From the NCBI RefSeq assembly GCF_001194135.2, contig NC_068997.1, positions 33,669,227 to 33,708,857 of the forward strand: DNA of 39,631 nucleotides, given 5' to 3'. The notes below the pieces were generated by a model. The model did no database searches. It was not told the origin of the DNA and saw nothing but the letters and a program-made list of their open reading frames with translations. Made by a program: the position numbers and the translations under genes. This stretch comes from Octopus bimaculoides. Taxonomy: Eukaryota. This document shows positions 23,577 to 34,959 of this stretch, piece by piece; positions within the stretch are counted from its first letter, which is position 1; each line of letters opens with the position of its first letter.

Positions 23577-23760
23577 ATGGTCATTTTTTTTTTTTTTGCC
23601 AAATAAACACACACACTATATATTTCTTCTTCATTCATTTATTACTGTTCTTATTTTATTATTTTAACTCGTGTCTATTGTCCGGAAATCTTTCGTCACA
23701 CATCTGTGACCTCTTCAGCGACACTTATCATTTTCGTGTGGTCTTGCTCCACTTACTCCA
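23577..23760 (-). repeat. Right arm of inverted repeat, with the better-preserved hammerhead-like motif
   Basis: Minus strand reads TGTCG-CTGAAGA-G-GTCACA-GATG-TGTGAC-GAAA-GATTTC-CGGACA. Confidence 0.9.
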
Positions 23761-24444
23761 TTCTGTTCTTCTAAGATTGCGTTTGTGTCAAGGACACAAA
23801 CGCATGTGCACATAAGGATACACACCTTAGAAGAACAGAATGGAGTAGACACTGACTATGTGTCAGTGCATGTCTCACCACTTGACAACCAGTGTTGGTT
23901 TGTTTTCATCCCTGTAACTTTAGTGGTTCAGCAAAAGTGACTATTAGAATATGTGCCAGACTGGAAAATAAGTACTGGGTTCAATGTGATAGTCTAGCCA
24001 GTTCCTTCAAAATTGCTGGCATTGTGCCTAAATTGAAACTGTTTATTGCATATCTTCTTATCACAATGATGCAGACTTAATCTGGATTATCCCTGGATTT
24101 ATATTCTTCCATTAACAATTTGCTGAAAGAGTCTTATAATGTCACATTGAAGTATCTGGATGCACTATATAGTTATAGGCTACATACTAACCACATCCAC
24201 GGACCATCTTACTCAATGAAATGAAAATATTCAAAAATCAAAGACTACCTGGACATGCACAAATATACTTTGTTCCAAACTATACAATTACATATTCACA
24301 CACACACACACACGCCCCACCCCCAACTCTACTATTGCACCTTCCTAAAATGGTTCAACTACTACCAAAGTTTATAGCATACAGGAATAGAAATGATAGT
24401 GGAAAGAGTGAAATATTCTTGGATGACCATACTTAACTCTACAT

Positions 24445-24710
24445 CAGTGGTTCTCAACCAGTGTCCATTTGGCTGTTGGAGATCCATGTAAGGTTTTGTT
24501 GTTAAAATTTATGTGCAATAATTAACTGGTTATAATTCTACAATACACAAAATATCTTAACAATTTAATACAATTCTTAATAACATTTAATTATAAAAGT
24601 ATAATAGGACTTTTTAAAACATGAAATGGCTAAGCGGGGTGGGGTGGGGGGCACCTGAATAAAATAGGAATCACAGGGGTCCATAGGCAAAAAATGGTTG
24701 AGAATCACTG
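24445..24710. mobile_element. hAT-Charlie-like MITE
   Basis: TIRs CAGTGGTTCTCAACC / GGTTGAGAATCACTG. 8 bp TSD CTCTACAT/CTCTTTAT. Confidence 0.85.
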
Positions 24711-25154
24711 CTCTTTATGACAAACCACTGCATGCTGCAGTGTGCAGTGTGATCTTCAACTAGATAGAGGCATGCGTCTGTGGATTGTATCTGGTTGTTT
24801 GACTATTTACATATTGTATGTTTGTTTGATACAAACTACACAACAACCATACTAAAGTAGACAACGATACCAATATATAGATCTGATGTCACTATATCTA
24901 CCACTTACAACACATCATTATTCCACAAAGCAACTTCAATGCAATTTCTCAGTCTGCTAGAAATAGTAACCAAATCTCTGGTAAACCATACTCTCTCACC
25001 TTAAAAAGAAGTACTCTTTGGTCATTATGACTTTAAATATACAGAAATATTGGTCAGTTATAGTTGGAATGTCTTTGATCACAGGACCTGCTTCAGCACA
25101 GATTGATGTTGACCTGAACACTAACAATGACAATATACTACTATACCTAATATT

Positions 25155-25459
25155 CATCATCATCATCATCATCACACGTTGACGACGACCACCACGACCA
25201 CCATCACCATGACCACCACGACCACGATGACGATGATGACAACGACGATGATAACGACGATGATAACGACGATGATGACAACGACGATGATGACAAGGAC
25301 GATGATGACAACGACGATGATGACAACGACGATGATGACAACGACGATGATGACAACGACGATGATGACAACGACGATGATGACAACGACGATGATGACA
25401 ACGACGATGATGATGACGACGACCACCACCACAACCACGACCACCACCACCACCACCAC

Positions 25460-25460
<1 letters not shown>
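25155..25460. repeat. Compound CAT/ACG/ATG triplet repeat with a 15 bp higher-order unit (ACAACGACGATGATG)
   Basis: Direct reading. Forms the tail of a minus-strand RTE end. Confidence 0.9.
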
Positions 25461-26004
<544 letters not shown>

Positions 26005-26225
26005 TACTGGCTGACATACTAATTAAATTTTATTTCTCTTGAGGAAGATATGGATGTCACAAAATCCTGCTTCTACTCCAAAACATTCTAGGCTTCATGC
26101 CAATGGAAGAAACAGCTTTTGCTCTGGTTGAAGTCATGTCACTATACCTATATTACTAAACGCTCTTGACTAAGTCATGAATGTCACAACATCCTGTTTT
26201 CTTTCTGTGGTATTGGACTATTTAA

Positions 26226-26231
26226 AATAAA
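26226..26231 (+). promoter_or_regulatory. Candidate AGPS polyadenylation signal AATAAA
   Basis: AATAAA about 220 nt after the stop codon. The motif is common in AT-rich DNA and there is no transcript evidence. Confidence 0.3.
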
Positions 26232-26537
26232 CATTATTATTTGTTATTCCGTGCAGAAAATCCAGTACAGTTGTTCTTAGAGATTCATAAATTGCCAATA
26301 ACATTTGGAAAGAAGTGACTATTGCAGCATTCTCTCACTACAGTCGTAAACTTGAAGTGATATGACTATAGGAATAATTATTGGTTTAATTATCATTGGA
26401 ACAAAGAACTTTGTACATTCTGATTTATAGTATTTTATATTCCTGGTTTCAAATGTTACAGAGTTGATAAAGAAATAACAATAACAACGAATATTATTAT
26501 TATTATTATTATTATTATCATCATCATCATTTCATCA

Positions 26538-26752
26538 TTAAGGTGGTAAGCTGGCAGAATTGTTAGCACACCGGGCAAAATGCTTAACAGCATTTCATCC
26601 GTCTTGACGTTCTGAGTTCAGATTCTGTGAGGTGAGCTTGGCCTTTCACCCTTTCAGGGTCAATAAATTAAGCACCAGTTGAGTACTGGAGTTGATGTAA
26701 TCAAGTAGCCCCCTCCCACAAAATTTCAGGACTTGTGCCTTTAGTAGAAAGG

Positions 26753-26790
<38 letters not shown>
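26538..26790 (+). mobile_element. SINE family 2 with (ATT)n tail
   Basis: AAGGTGGTAAGCTGGCAGAATTGTTAGCAC...GTTCTGAGTTCAGATTCTG...GGATTATTATT. Confidence 0.8.
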
Positions 26791-26791
<1 letters not shown>

Positions 26792-27345
26792 GAATGAGAG
26801 AGCAGTGCATGCCATCAAAGTGACACTGGGGTAAAATATACAAAGCCCAATATACCCATCATGACTAATAAAGGTACACCAGGCACATGCATCACAACCA
26901 TATGTACGCGATGCGGTGATCTCATATCAAGATAAACAGCGCATGACTTCGCAGGTGGGGCCCAGTTAGAATTTTCTTCTGTTTGAGTAGCCCATCCCGC
27001 TCAAAAGGTCCCTGAATAAGGTTTGTTTAAGGATGTTGAGCAAAACACCCATGTTTCCAAAGGTGAATTATTCAAACCCCAAAGAATTCCTCTCAACACA
27101 TGGCTATGATGCTCCTCATATCGTCAGCCACCAAGGGACATGCTCAACTGGTTAAAGTCAAACAACTGACAAGCAAATCTGTGGCATTGAGCAGATTATT
27201 TGCTGTAGCCTATCTTTTATACCAAGACAAAGCAATGTACATGATAACACTTCCAATCAATTAAGATCAGAAGTCATGAGAGCCACTGCCTGGTACTGCA
27301 TCAGGGCATTTTATTCTTCTTCTTCTTCTTATTATTATTATTACC
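26792..27345 (-). mobile_element. Unclassified ~520 bp interspersed repeat bounded by (ATT)n
   Basis: Homologous copies at 27572-28050 and, partially, 32335-32545. The strand is inferred from the (AAT)n tail. Confidence 0.7.
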
Positions 27346-27570
27346 AAGGCTCACAGGTAGAGTTGTTAGCTTGCTGGACAAAGCACAGAGCAGTATCTCG
27401 TCTGTCTTTATATTCTAGGTTTAAATTCCAGCAACATCCCCTTTGGCTTTCATACTTCTAGAGTTGACGAAATAAGCTCCAGTTGTCAAGCACTGGGTTG
27501 ATGTAATCGACTATCCCACTCCCCCACATTTCAAGCCTTGTGCCTATAGTAGGAAGGATTATTATCATTA
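27345..27570 (+). mobile_element. SINE family 2, degraded
   Basis: Homologous to 26538-26790. Confidence 0.7.
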
Positions 27571-27571
27571 T

Positions 27572-28046
27572 TGAGTGAGAGAGCAATGCATGCCATCAAA
27601 GTCACAATGGGGTACAAATATATGAAGCCCAATATACCTGTCATGACTACCCATGACTATAGCAAGTACATGCATCACAGCCACACATGCGTGACATGGT
27701 GACTTTATATCAAGATAGACAGCACATGACCTCGCAGGTCATGTTACAATTTTCTTCAGGTTGAGTAGCCCATCCTAGGCAAAAGGTTGCTGAATAAGTT
27801 TTGTTTAAGGATGATAAACAAAATATCCATGTTTCCAGAGGTGAATTATTCGAACCCCAAAGAATTCCTTTTAATACACGACTATGATGCCCCTCCACTA
27901 TCTTGCTTATGATCAGAGATGCACATATTGTCAGCCACCAAGGGACATGCTCAAGAAGTTATGGTGAAACAACTAACCAGTAAATCTGTGGTATTGAGCA
28001 GAATATTTCTGTAGCTCATCTTTTGTACAAAGACAAAACATGTACA

Positions 28047-28050
<4 letters not shown>
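27572..28050 (-). mobile_element. Second copy of the unclassified repeat
   Basis: GAGAGAGCAATGCATGCCATCAAAGT...GAGTAGCCCATCC...AAACCCCAAAGAATTCC shared with 26792-27345. Confidence 0.7.
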
Positions 28051-28079
<29 letters not shown>

Positions 28080-28284
28080 GGCTGCCCTACTGTGAAGTCA
28101 TGGAAATTTGGTGTTTCGTAAGTTGAAAAGGTGTTTGTAAGCTTTTCATTTCTGTTGTTATCATTACATTTCTGAGATTGTCTGGATTGTGCAAATAGTA
28201 TTTTTGTGTAGAAACACCCACTGTTGAATTTTAACTGCTTTCGGCAAAAACAAACATTTTGCAGTTTTCTGTAATTTTTCAAAG

Positions 28285-29455
28285 ATGGCTGATAAAGAAG
28301 CCATCATAATGTTCAACAAAGAAATGTGTTCCTTGTCGACAGATTTTGAGAACAAGAAAAGAATTGAGAATATCAGCATCGAATGGCCTAAACTTAATGA
28401 TGTCACCGAGGCGACAAATGTTTCATCTCTAAGCAATGTCAAAACTTTCGGTGTCAGCAAAGAGAACAACAACAGCAACAGCAGCAGCAGTGACATCATC
28501 ATCATCAGCATCATCAGCATCATCATTAGCAATAACAACACCATCAGCAGCAACAGCAATACAACAGAAATAAAACATGAAAATGCAAATATTGCCCCTG
28601 TCTTTTGTGTCAGTGGTGAGAAATATGGAGCATTTCCACATAGATGAGGAATTAGAATTTGCAAGAAAAATTGTAAAAAGAAATGGGAGAAGGGTAGCTC
28701 TAAACCTTCCATCTGACGTGATAGAAAATATCGCAAGATGCACGGTCACATACCATTGCATCGGAGTCAAGTCTCGCTGGGTGGAAAATGCTCCTGAGAG
28801 CGAAGTACAAAAATGCCTTGGGCACGTGTGGGAACAAAAGACCCACATCACTTGAGGAAAGAAGTTTGGAACCATTGAGGTGAGATTTGGGACGGAAGAA
28901 GAAGCTAGATGCAATTCCGCAACCACTTTGAAGAATGACAACATTTTCTTAATCCCTAGCTATAGCGGCCAACGCCTTGTCAAGATAAGGGTGCTGAATA
29001 TGCTGTTGAAAATATCCATTACCTGGCTAGTGGAGGCCGCCTTGGCAGGCTTAGAAGAAGACGAAGTCACAATACTGGAGGTCAAGAAACTACCAAAGCA
29101 AAACTGGTTAGGTACAGGTATGGAACTGACCATGCAATGCAAGCAGGACCATATCGACCAGCTGCCCGATCAAATCGATCTCCTGGATGGCACTCACCTG
29201 TCAGTGTTCATGGAGGGTAGAAAGCCAAGTTGCCATAAATCTGGATCTGTAAAACACTTAAAGGTTTCCTGCTCTGAAACAAAGAAAAATGAAGTCTCAT
29301 CGCAGCCAACATTACAAGTACCACAAGTGCTAAATCATAAACAAGTATCCAAGACTCCTACACCTTTTCCCACACCCACGCTCACACCCACTCCCAAACC
29401 AATACAAAGAAGGAGTCTACCCTCGGGTTGCCACGGAAAAGCAAGTTTCTCCTGA
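28285..29455 (+). pseudogene. ORF1 (gag-like) of a Tx1/L1-like LINE
   Basis: 28577-28855 and 28880-29455 are in one frame, split by a single TGA. Zinc knuckle CHKSGSVKHLKVSC (CX2[C>S]X4HX4C) preceded by VFMEGRKPS; low-complexity flanks. Confidence 0.7.
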
Positions 29456-30091
29456 ATGCTCTTCTTCCTAAACCAACATCAACTGCAATGACATGGAGAA
29501 GGAAGATCCGAACGATCAATGGATCACAGCGACAAAAGGGGGTAGGCGAGAGAGGAGGAGAGTACATAGACATACTCCAAGACATCAACAAAAACTTTTT
29601 CTGAAACCACAACTGCAACACAATTCACAACTACTCGAACAAAAACTGCAAGAACAAAATCAACAACTTCAAAAACAGCAACATCATCAACAACAGCATA
29701 AAATTAAAGAAACTAAGAAACAACCGATTGCAGAACTTCAAAAATATTCATCCGACTGTAGACGAAATGTATCCATCAATTTCACTGTTGTGAACAAGTA
29801 TAACAGTGAATTGTAGGATTTTGTAAACCAAAATAAAAACAGTATAGAGACAGAGGGAAAGGAATTTGAGGATTCCATCCTCAAAACACCCAAGGTTAAA
29901 ATGTCGTTTATAAAACTATGATAGAAAGCTATGATAGAAAGATTCTCAGGAAGTGTGGGGATTATAAAAAGATATATTGATAAAAGGTTGAAAGGGTCTT
30001 TTAAAATATTTCACCGGTAGAGAAGCTCGGAACTTCCGGGCTTCTCGAAAACCAAGGTGAGTAACCTCCTCATTTTCTTCCTCCGACTAGT

Positions 30092-32332
30092 ATGGCTGTG
30101 CTGAGAATTAGGTGTGTGAATGTGCGTGGCCTGGGATCAGCCTGGAAGCAAGGTCACTTGCTCAATGATCTCAGGTCACTTGATTTGGACGTGGCTGCCA
30201 TTAGTGGAACAAGGATCTCCGGAAAACACGCTCTAGCACCCATTTTCGAGGACTACAAGGTATTCTCATCTTGTGATCTATCGGGAGCGAATGGCAGTGT
30301 AGCGTTGCTACTTCAGAAATCCTTAGATCTCCAAGTTTGGGCTATCTTCCTGGACCCGGATAGTAGGTTGGTGGTCCTGGATGTGAACGGCAATGAAGGT
30401 GGCGCCTTTAGTCTGGTGGGGCTTTATGCCCCAACACGGACTGGAAGGATAGATTTCTTCAGGCGTCTAGAAACATTCTTGAGAACGTCTCGCACTTTAG
30501 TACTAGTGGGGGACTGGAATAGTATTTTGGACAAAAGGACTGTGTGGGTTTAGTACATAGTAGAAAGTGGTGTAAAAGCCTCAAAAACCTGCTCAGGACT
30601 TTTCAGCTTTCTGATAGGTACCGACTGGATTTTCTTGATATGCCAGTGTGGACAAGGAACAACCACAGCGGGTCATCTAGATCGTATTTAGATAGAGTAT
30701 TTGTTAGGTTAGAAGATAGTGATAGCATAGGTTGTCCACAATTTAAATTGGTCGGCTACACGGATCACAAATTTGTGATATGCTCAGTCGATTTAGATAG
30801 GACCCGTAGACAGGGACCCGGTTACTGGAAGTTGAACACATCCTTACCGGCTTGCAAAGACTACATGGACCGAATTAGCGAACTAGTTAAGCGGCAGTTG
30901 ACGGGGGCTATAGTCAACAACCGGGGGTGGATCGCTCTGAAGAGAGTGTTTAGAGTAGAATCGATAGTATTTAGCAAAGATTTAGCAATAGAAATAAATA
31001 GATTAGAGGGAGAACTAGTTAGCAAACTAGAAGAAGCTATTAGTAAAGGCATCGCGACCGACGTGTTAGCGGCAAGAATGGCTCTTGACCATTTCTTTGA
31101 GGCGAAACACGAAGAGTGCGTTGTCAGAGCTAAAGCCTGTGAACTAAAACACGAGGGAATTAAAACCATCCGTTGGACCCGAACGGTAGAGACACGACGT
31201 GGAAGCAAAACCACGATCAAGTCTTTGACAGATCAGGACGGACGCGTGCTACTCGGTTCTGAGCAAATGTGTGCGGCTTCCTAGCAGCACTTTGCGCGGC
31301 TGTTTGGGGAGGGTGGTAGGTCGACGACGGTAGTGAACTTTGCTTCGTACCTAGACAGCCTACCACAGCTCTCGGTGATGGACGCGAGATTCTGCGAAAA
31401 GCCGATTACAGCCTCTGAAATACAGGAGGCGATGAGCGATTGCACAAATCGCAAATCGCCCGGTTTGGATGGTCTGCTCTACGAATTCTGTTTTCATGCC
31501 AGATTTGTTTGGCAGCTTCTTGGCAGATGTCTACAGTAACTGGCAGCAGAACGGGTGAATTCTTAGTGCTGTTAGCCGGGGTGTAGTAACACTGCTGAGA
31601 AAGGACGCCGATAATGGGGACGTGTTAGGAAATTTTCGGCACATAACTTTGCTAAACACAGAGTTAAAGATTTTGACCAAGGTGTTAGCGAAAAGGTTGG
31701 AGCTTGTTGTTGGTAGTCTAGTCGGGGAGGCACAAACGTGCGCAATCCCGAGCAGGTCTATCCATCTTATGCGATACATTGTAGAGAGGGCTGGGACTAA
31801 AGCTGGCATCTGTGGGGCCTTGATCAATTTAGATCAGTCGAAAGCTTCTGATAGGGTAGACCATCGCTACTTGGAAGCTGTCCTTAAAGCGGCCGGTTTC
31901 AGACCCGTTTTCAGAGGCTGGATCGCTGCAATGCACAGCGACACCTGCTCGGTGGTCAAAGTAAATAGTCATCTATCGGAACCGTTTAGTATCACACGTT
32001 CGGTCCTTCAGGGCAAGTCGGTGGTCTTGCGACGGGGCACCTGGAGAGGCAAATCGATGCTGTCGGACGCTGGACTGACGGACTAGTGAAACTGCTTGGG
32101 ATTTGGTTTGGTCTCGACCTCCAGGTGGATAAGAATTGGGAAGAGGTGATGAACGGGGTGACATCTCTTACCCAGAAATCGGCAGAGAGGAAGTTATCCC
32201 TGAAAAGTTGGGCAGAGGTGGGAAATGCCTACATCGCCTCTGTCATTATTTATCATCTGACCGTTGTGCCTTGCCCAAGTTACTGCTTGATTAGATTGGA
32301 GCGTATCCTGTTTATTTTCTTTTGGAAAAGAT
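30092..32332 (+). pseudogene. ORF2 (APE endonuclease plus RT) of a Tx1/L1-clade LINE, disrupted
   Basis: NVRGL, LYAP, VGDWN, SYLDR, YTDHK, GPGYWKLN, KSPGLDGL, FRHITLLN...KILTKVLAKRL, LDQSKASDRVDH, RSVLQG, then a jump to KLLGIWF. Truncated by the unclassified repeat. Confidence 0.9.
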
Positions 32333-32334
32333 GT

Positions 32335-32545
32335 GATCAGAGATGCACATATTGCCAGCCACTAAGGGACATACTCAACTGGTTAAGGTCAAACAACTGA
32401 CAAGTAAATCTGTGGTATTGAGCAGAATATTTGCTGTAGGCCATCTTTTATACCAAGACAAAACAATGTACACGATAACACTTTCTATCAGTTAAGATCA
32501 GAAGCCATGAGAACCACTGTCTGGTACTGCATCAGAGCATAGTAG
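32335..32545 (-). mobile_element. Partial third copy of the unclassified repeat
   Basis: GTGATCAGAGATGCACATATTG.CAGCCACTAAGGGACAT...GGTACTGCATCAG matches 27910-28050 and 27120-27310. Confidence 0.7.
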
Positions 32546-32709
32546 GTACTGCACCAGGGCTTTTATTATTATTATTATTACTATTATCATTATTATTTTC
32601 ATATACACACAACGGATTAGACTGTTGGAAAAGAAAAAAAATCCTAATCTGTTGTGTGTATACGAAAATATAATAATAATAATAATAATAATAATGATAA
32701 TAATAATAA

Positions 32710-33217
32710 CTGAGACATGGTTATGGTTACAGAAAGGAAAGCTGAAGAGGGAGATAAAAAAGTTTGTTAGTAGCTGCATAAGATCAAGCATTAAGGACAA
32801 ATTGGATAAAAGCCAAGATAAACAAAAAAACCAAGTAGATTCTCAATGTAGATTATGCAAACCAAAAGAGGAAAGCGTTACTCACATAGTAAGTGAATCT
32901 AACATGCTGACACAGAGAGAATACAAGAAAAGACATAACAACTTAAGGAGAGTAATGCACTGGGAACTATGCAGAAAGCTAGGATTTGACCAAACTGACA
33001 AATGTATGAATACGAATCTAGTAAAGTACTAGAAAGTAAGAAATATAAGATGTTGTGGGACTTCGACATTCAGACTGACAGAGTAATAGAAGCTAGTCGG
33101 CCTGTTTTAGTAGTAGTAGATAAAGAGAATAGAAAGTGCCAGATAATTGACTTTACAGTCCCAAATGATGAAAACATTTATATGAGAAGTATAAAAAAAA
33201 TAACAGAAAGAGAGTAG
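32710..33217 (+). pseudogene. 3' fragment of an R4/Dong-like non-LTR element (CCHC knuckle plus restriction-like endonuclease)
   Basis: WLQKGKLKRE, CRLCKPKEESVTHIVSE, EYKKRHN, HWELCRKLG, then frameshift to KMLWDFDIQTDRVIEASRPVLVVVDK...IIDFTVP (RPD...D-type REL site, degenerate). Confidence 0.8.
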
Positions 33218-33330
33218 GCTCGAAACGTAAAATACTTTCTCACTTCACGAGCGTTAAGCTAATACATCTGTTTGTTGTTTACACACCCGTCTTCGTCTTT
33301 TGTTTTCTTTTTGTAAATTCTCACTATACA
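33215..33330 (+). mobile_element. Penelope-like terminal repeat fragment
   Basis: Homologous to 22608-22725. Confidence 0.45.
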
Positions 33331-33418
33331 GTACAGTACTGTTTCTACTTCGCGGATTTTCACCTATCACGAGAGGTTTTTGAACGTAACACCCGCGATA
33401 GCCGAGGGATTACTGTAT
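33329..33418. mobile_element. Tigger/pogo-like MITE remnant
   Basis: TACAG start, CTACTTCGCGGATTTT...CCCGCGATAGCCGAGGGATTACTG|TA end. Confidence 0.55.
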
Positions 33419-33869
33419 ATCAAAACATGTTACAATATTACGACTTTACAGCCAAATAAATTTTGACAGATTCTGTGATTGATAGTCCGCCTCATGAATC
33501 GCAATTGCCTTTCTTCTTCAGTATTATATCAACACAATATACATTATCTTTCCCAGTTGCTTGGGACGTTGCAGTTGTATTAGCTGTTATATATTTTTTG
33601 ATGTGCAACATATTTTGCAGTAATAATTTTGATCTGATAGATCCAACATCAGTGAAGAAATTAGAGTTAATACAACTGAAAATAACAGCTTACTTACTGT
33701 ATTTATGTATCTGAAAGGATGATGTAGGTATTGGTATATTTCTGCAGTTATCTTAGGCAGTTACAAGCTCCTCGGATATACTTGTTAACGTCAAACAAGT
33801 TTAAACTACGACTCACCAAGCACATAAACTTATTCAGTAATATTAACAAAAAAATTCTCTATCTGTCTG

Positions 33870-33936
33870 TTTGTCAGACACAGACACACACAGACACAGA
33901 CACGCACGCACGCACGCATGCACGCACGTACGCACG

Positions 33937-34031
<95 letters not shown>
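33870..34031. repeat. Compound (CAGA)/(CACG)/(CA)n microsatellite
   Basis: Direct reading. Confidence 0.95.
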
Positions 34032-34033
<2 letters not shown>

Positions 34034-34509
34034 GGGAATCGTTGGTTTCTCGTAGATATCATTCTTTCAGATGCAGTGATACAGTAAGCTGTTATTTGAA
34101 GTTGTATTAACCCTAGTTTCTCTACTGATGTTGGTTCTATCAGAGTAAAATTACTCCAGCAAAATAAGTTGTTTATAAAAAAAAATCTAACAGCTAATAC
34201 AACTGTAACGTCCCAAGCAACTGGGAAATACTCGTTGAAAGATAATGCATATTGTGTTAAAATAACACAAAAAAAAAAGGCGATTGTGATTCATGGATCG
34301 AACTGTCAATCACAGAATCTGTCAACATTTATTTGGCTGTTAAGTTGTAATATTGTAACATCGTGCATTTACTTGAATTGAATTTAGAATATCAAGCCAT
34401 TCGATTAGCTGATGTAGAAGAGAAATGAAATAAAAAAAAAACAATAACAATTCATTCTGGAATTTATTTAAAATATAATTATAATAGTTTAATTAATTGG
34501 TATGGCTAC

Positions 34510-34820
34510 TTCAACAGCGAAGAATTGATGGGAAGGGCTAGGCCGGACTGGGCCAAATAACTTACGGTTAGACTGTGGAAGATGCTTGGCTATGTGCTGT
34601 GGGTACTTATGAAGAGACCGGCGAGACCTTTTCTCAGATGGAAACCAGAGAGTGGGATGTAGAAGGCAAAGCAGGCATGTGAAGATCTGGTTGAGGGCTT
34701 TGGAGACGGATCTGGTAGATGTGGGCCTGGCTTGGCTTCGGAACAGACTCGTGGAAGAGCTTAAGACCAACTTTGACGATCTCTCGTCGCTCAATGGGGA
34801 GCGAAAGCAACAAGGACTTA
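34510..34820 (+). pseudogene. LINE C-terminal fragment (RTE/L2-like)
   Basis: MLGYVLWVLMKRPARPFLRWKPESG and KIWLRALETDLVDVGLAW resemble W.GHVLR...WKP..G.R..W.R..E.DL...GL.W. Confidence 0.5.
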
Positions 34821-34959
34821 CACTACTTTAAAATAAAATTAATGAACTTTCTCATTGAAATAAATGAATAAAAAGTACTGCACCATAACCTTATCGCAGG
34901 CTTTCAGTACAATATGGGGGACAACGCTCTTCCACATAGAAGTGTGTATAAGTGAAACG

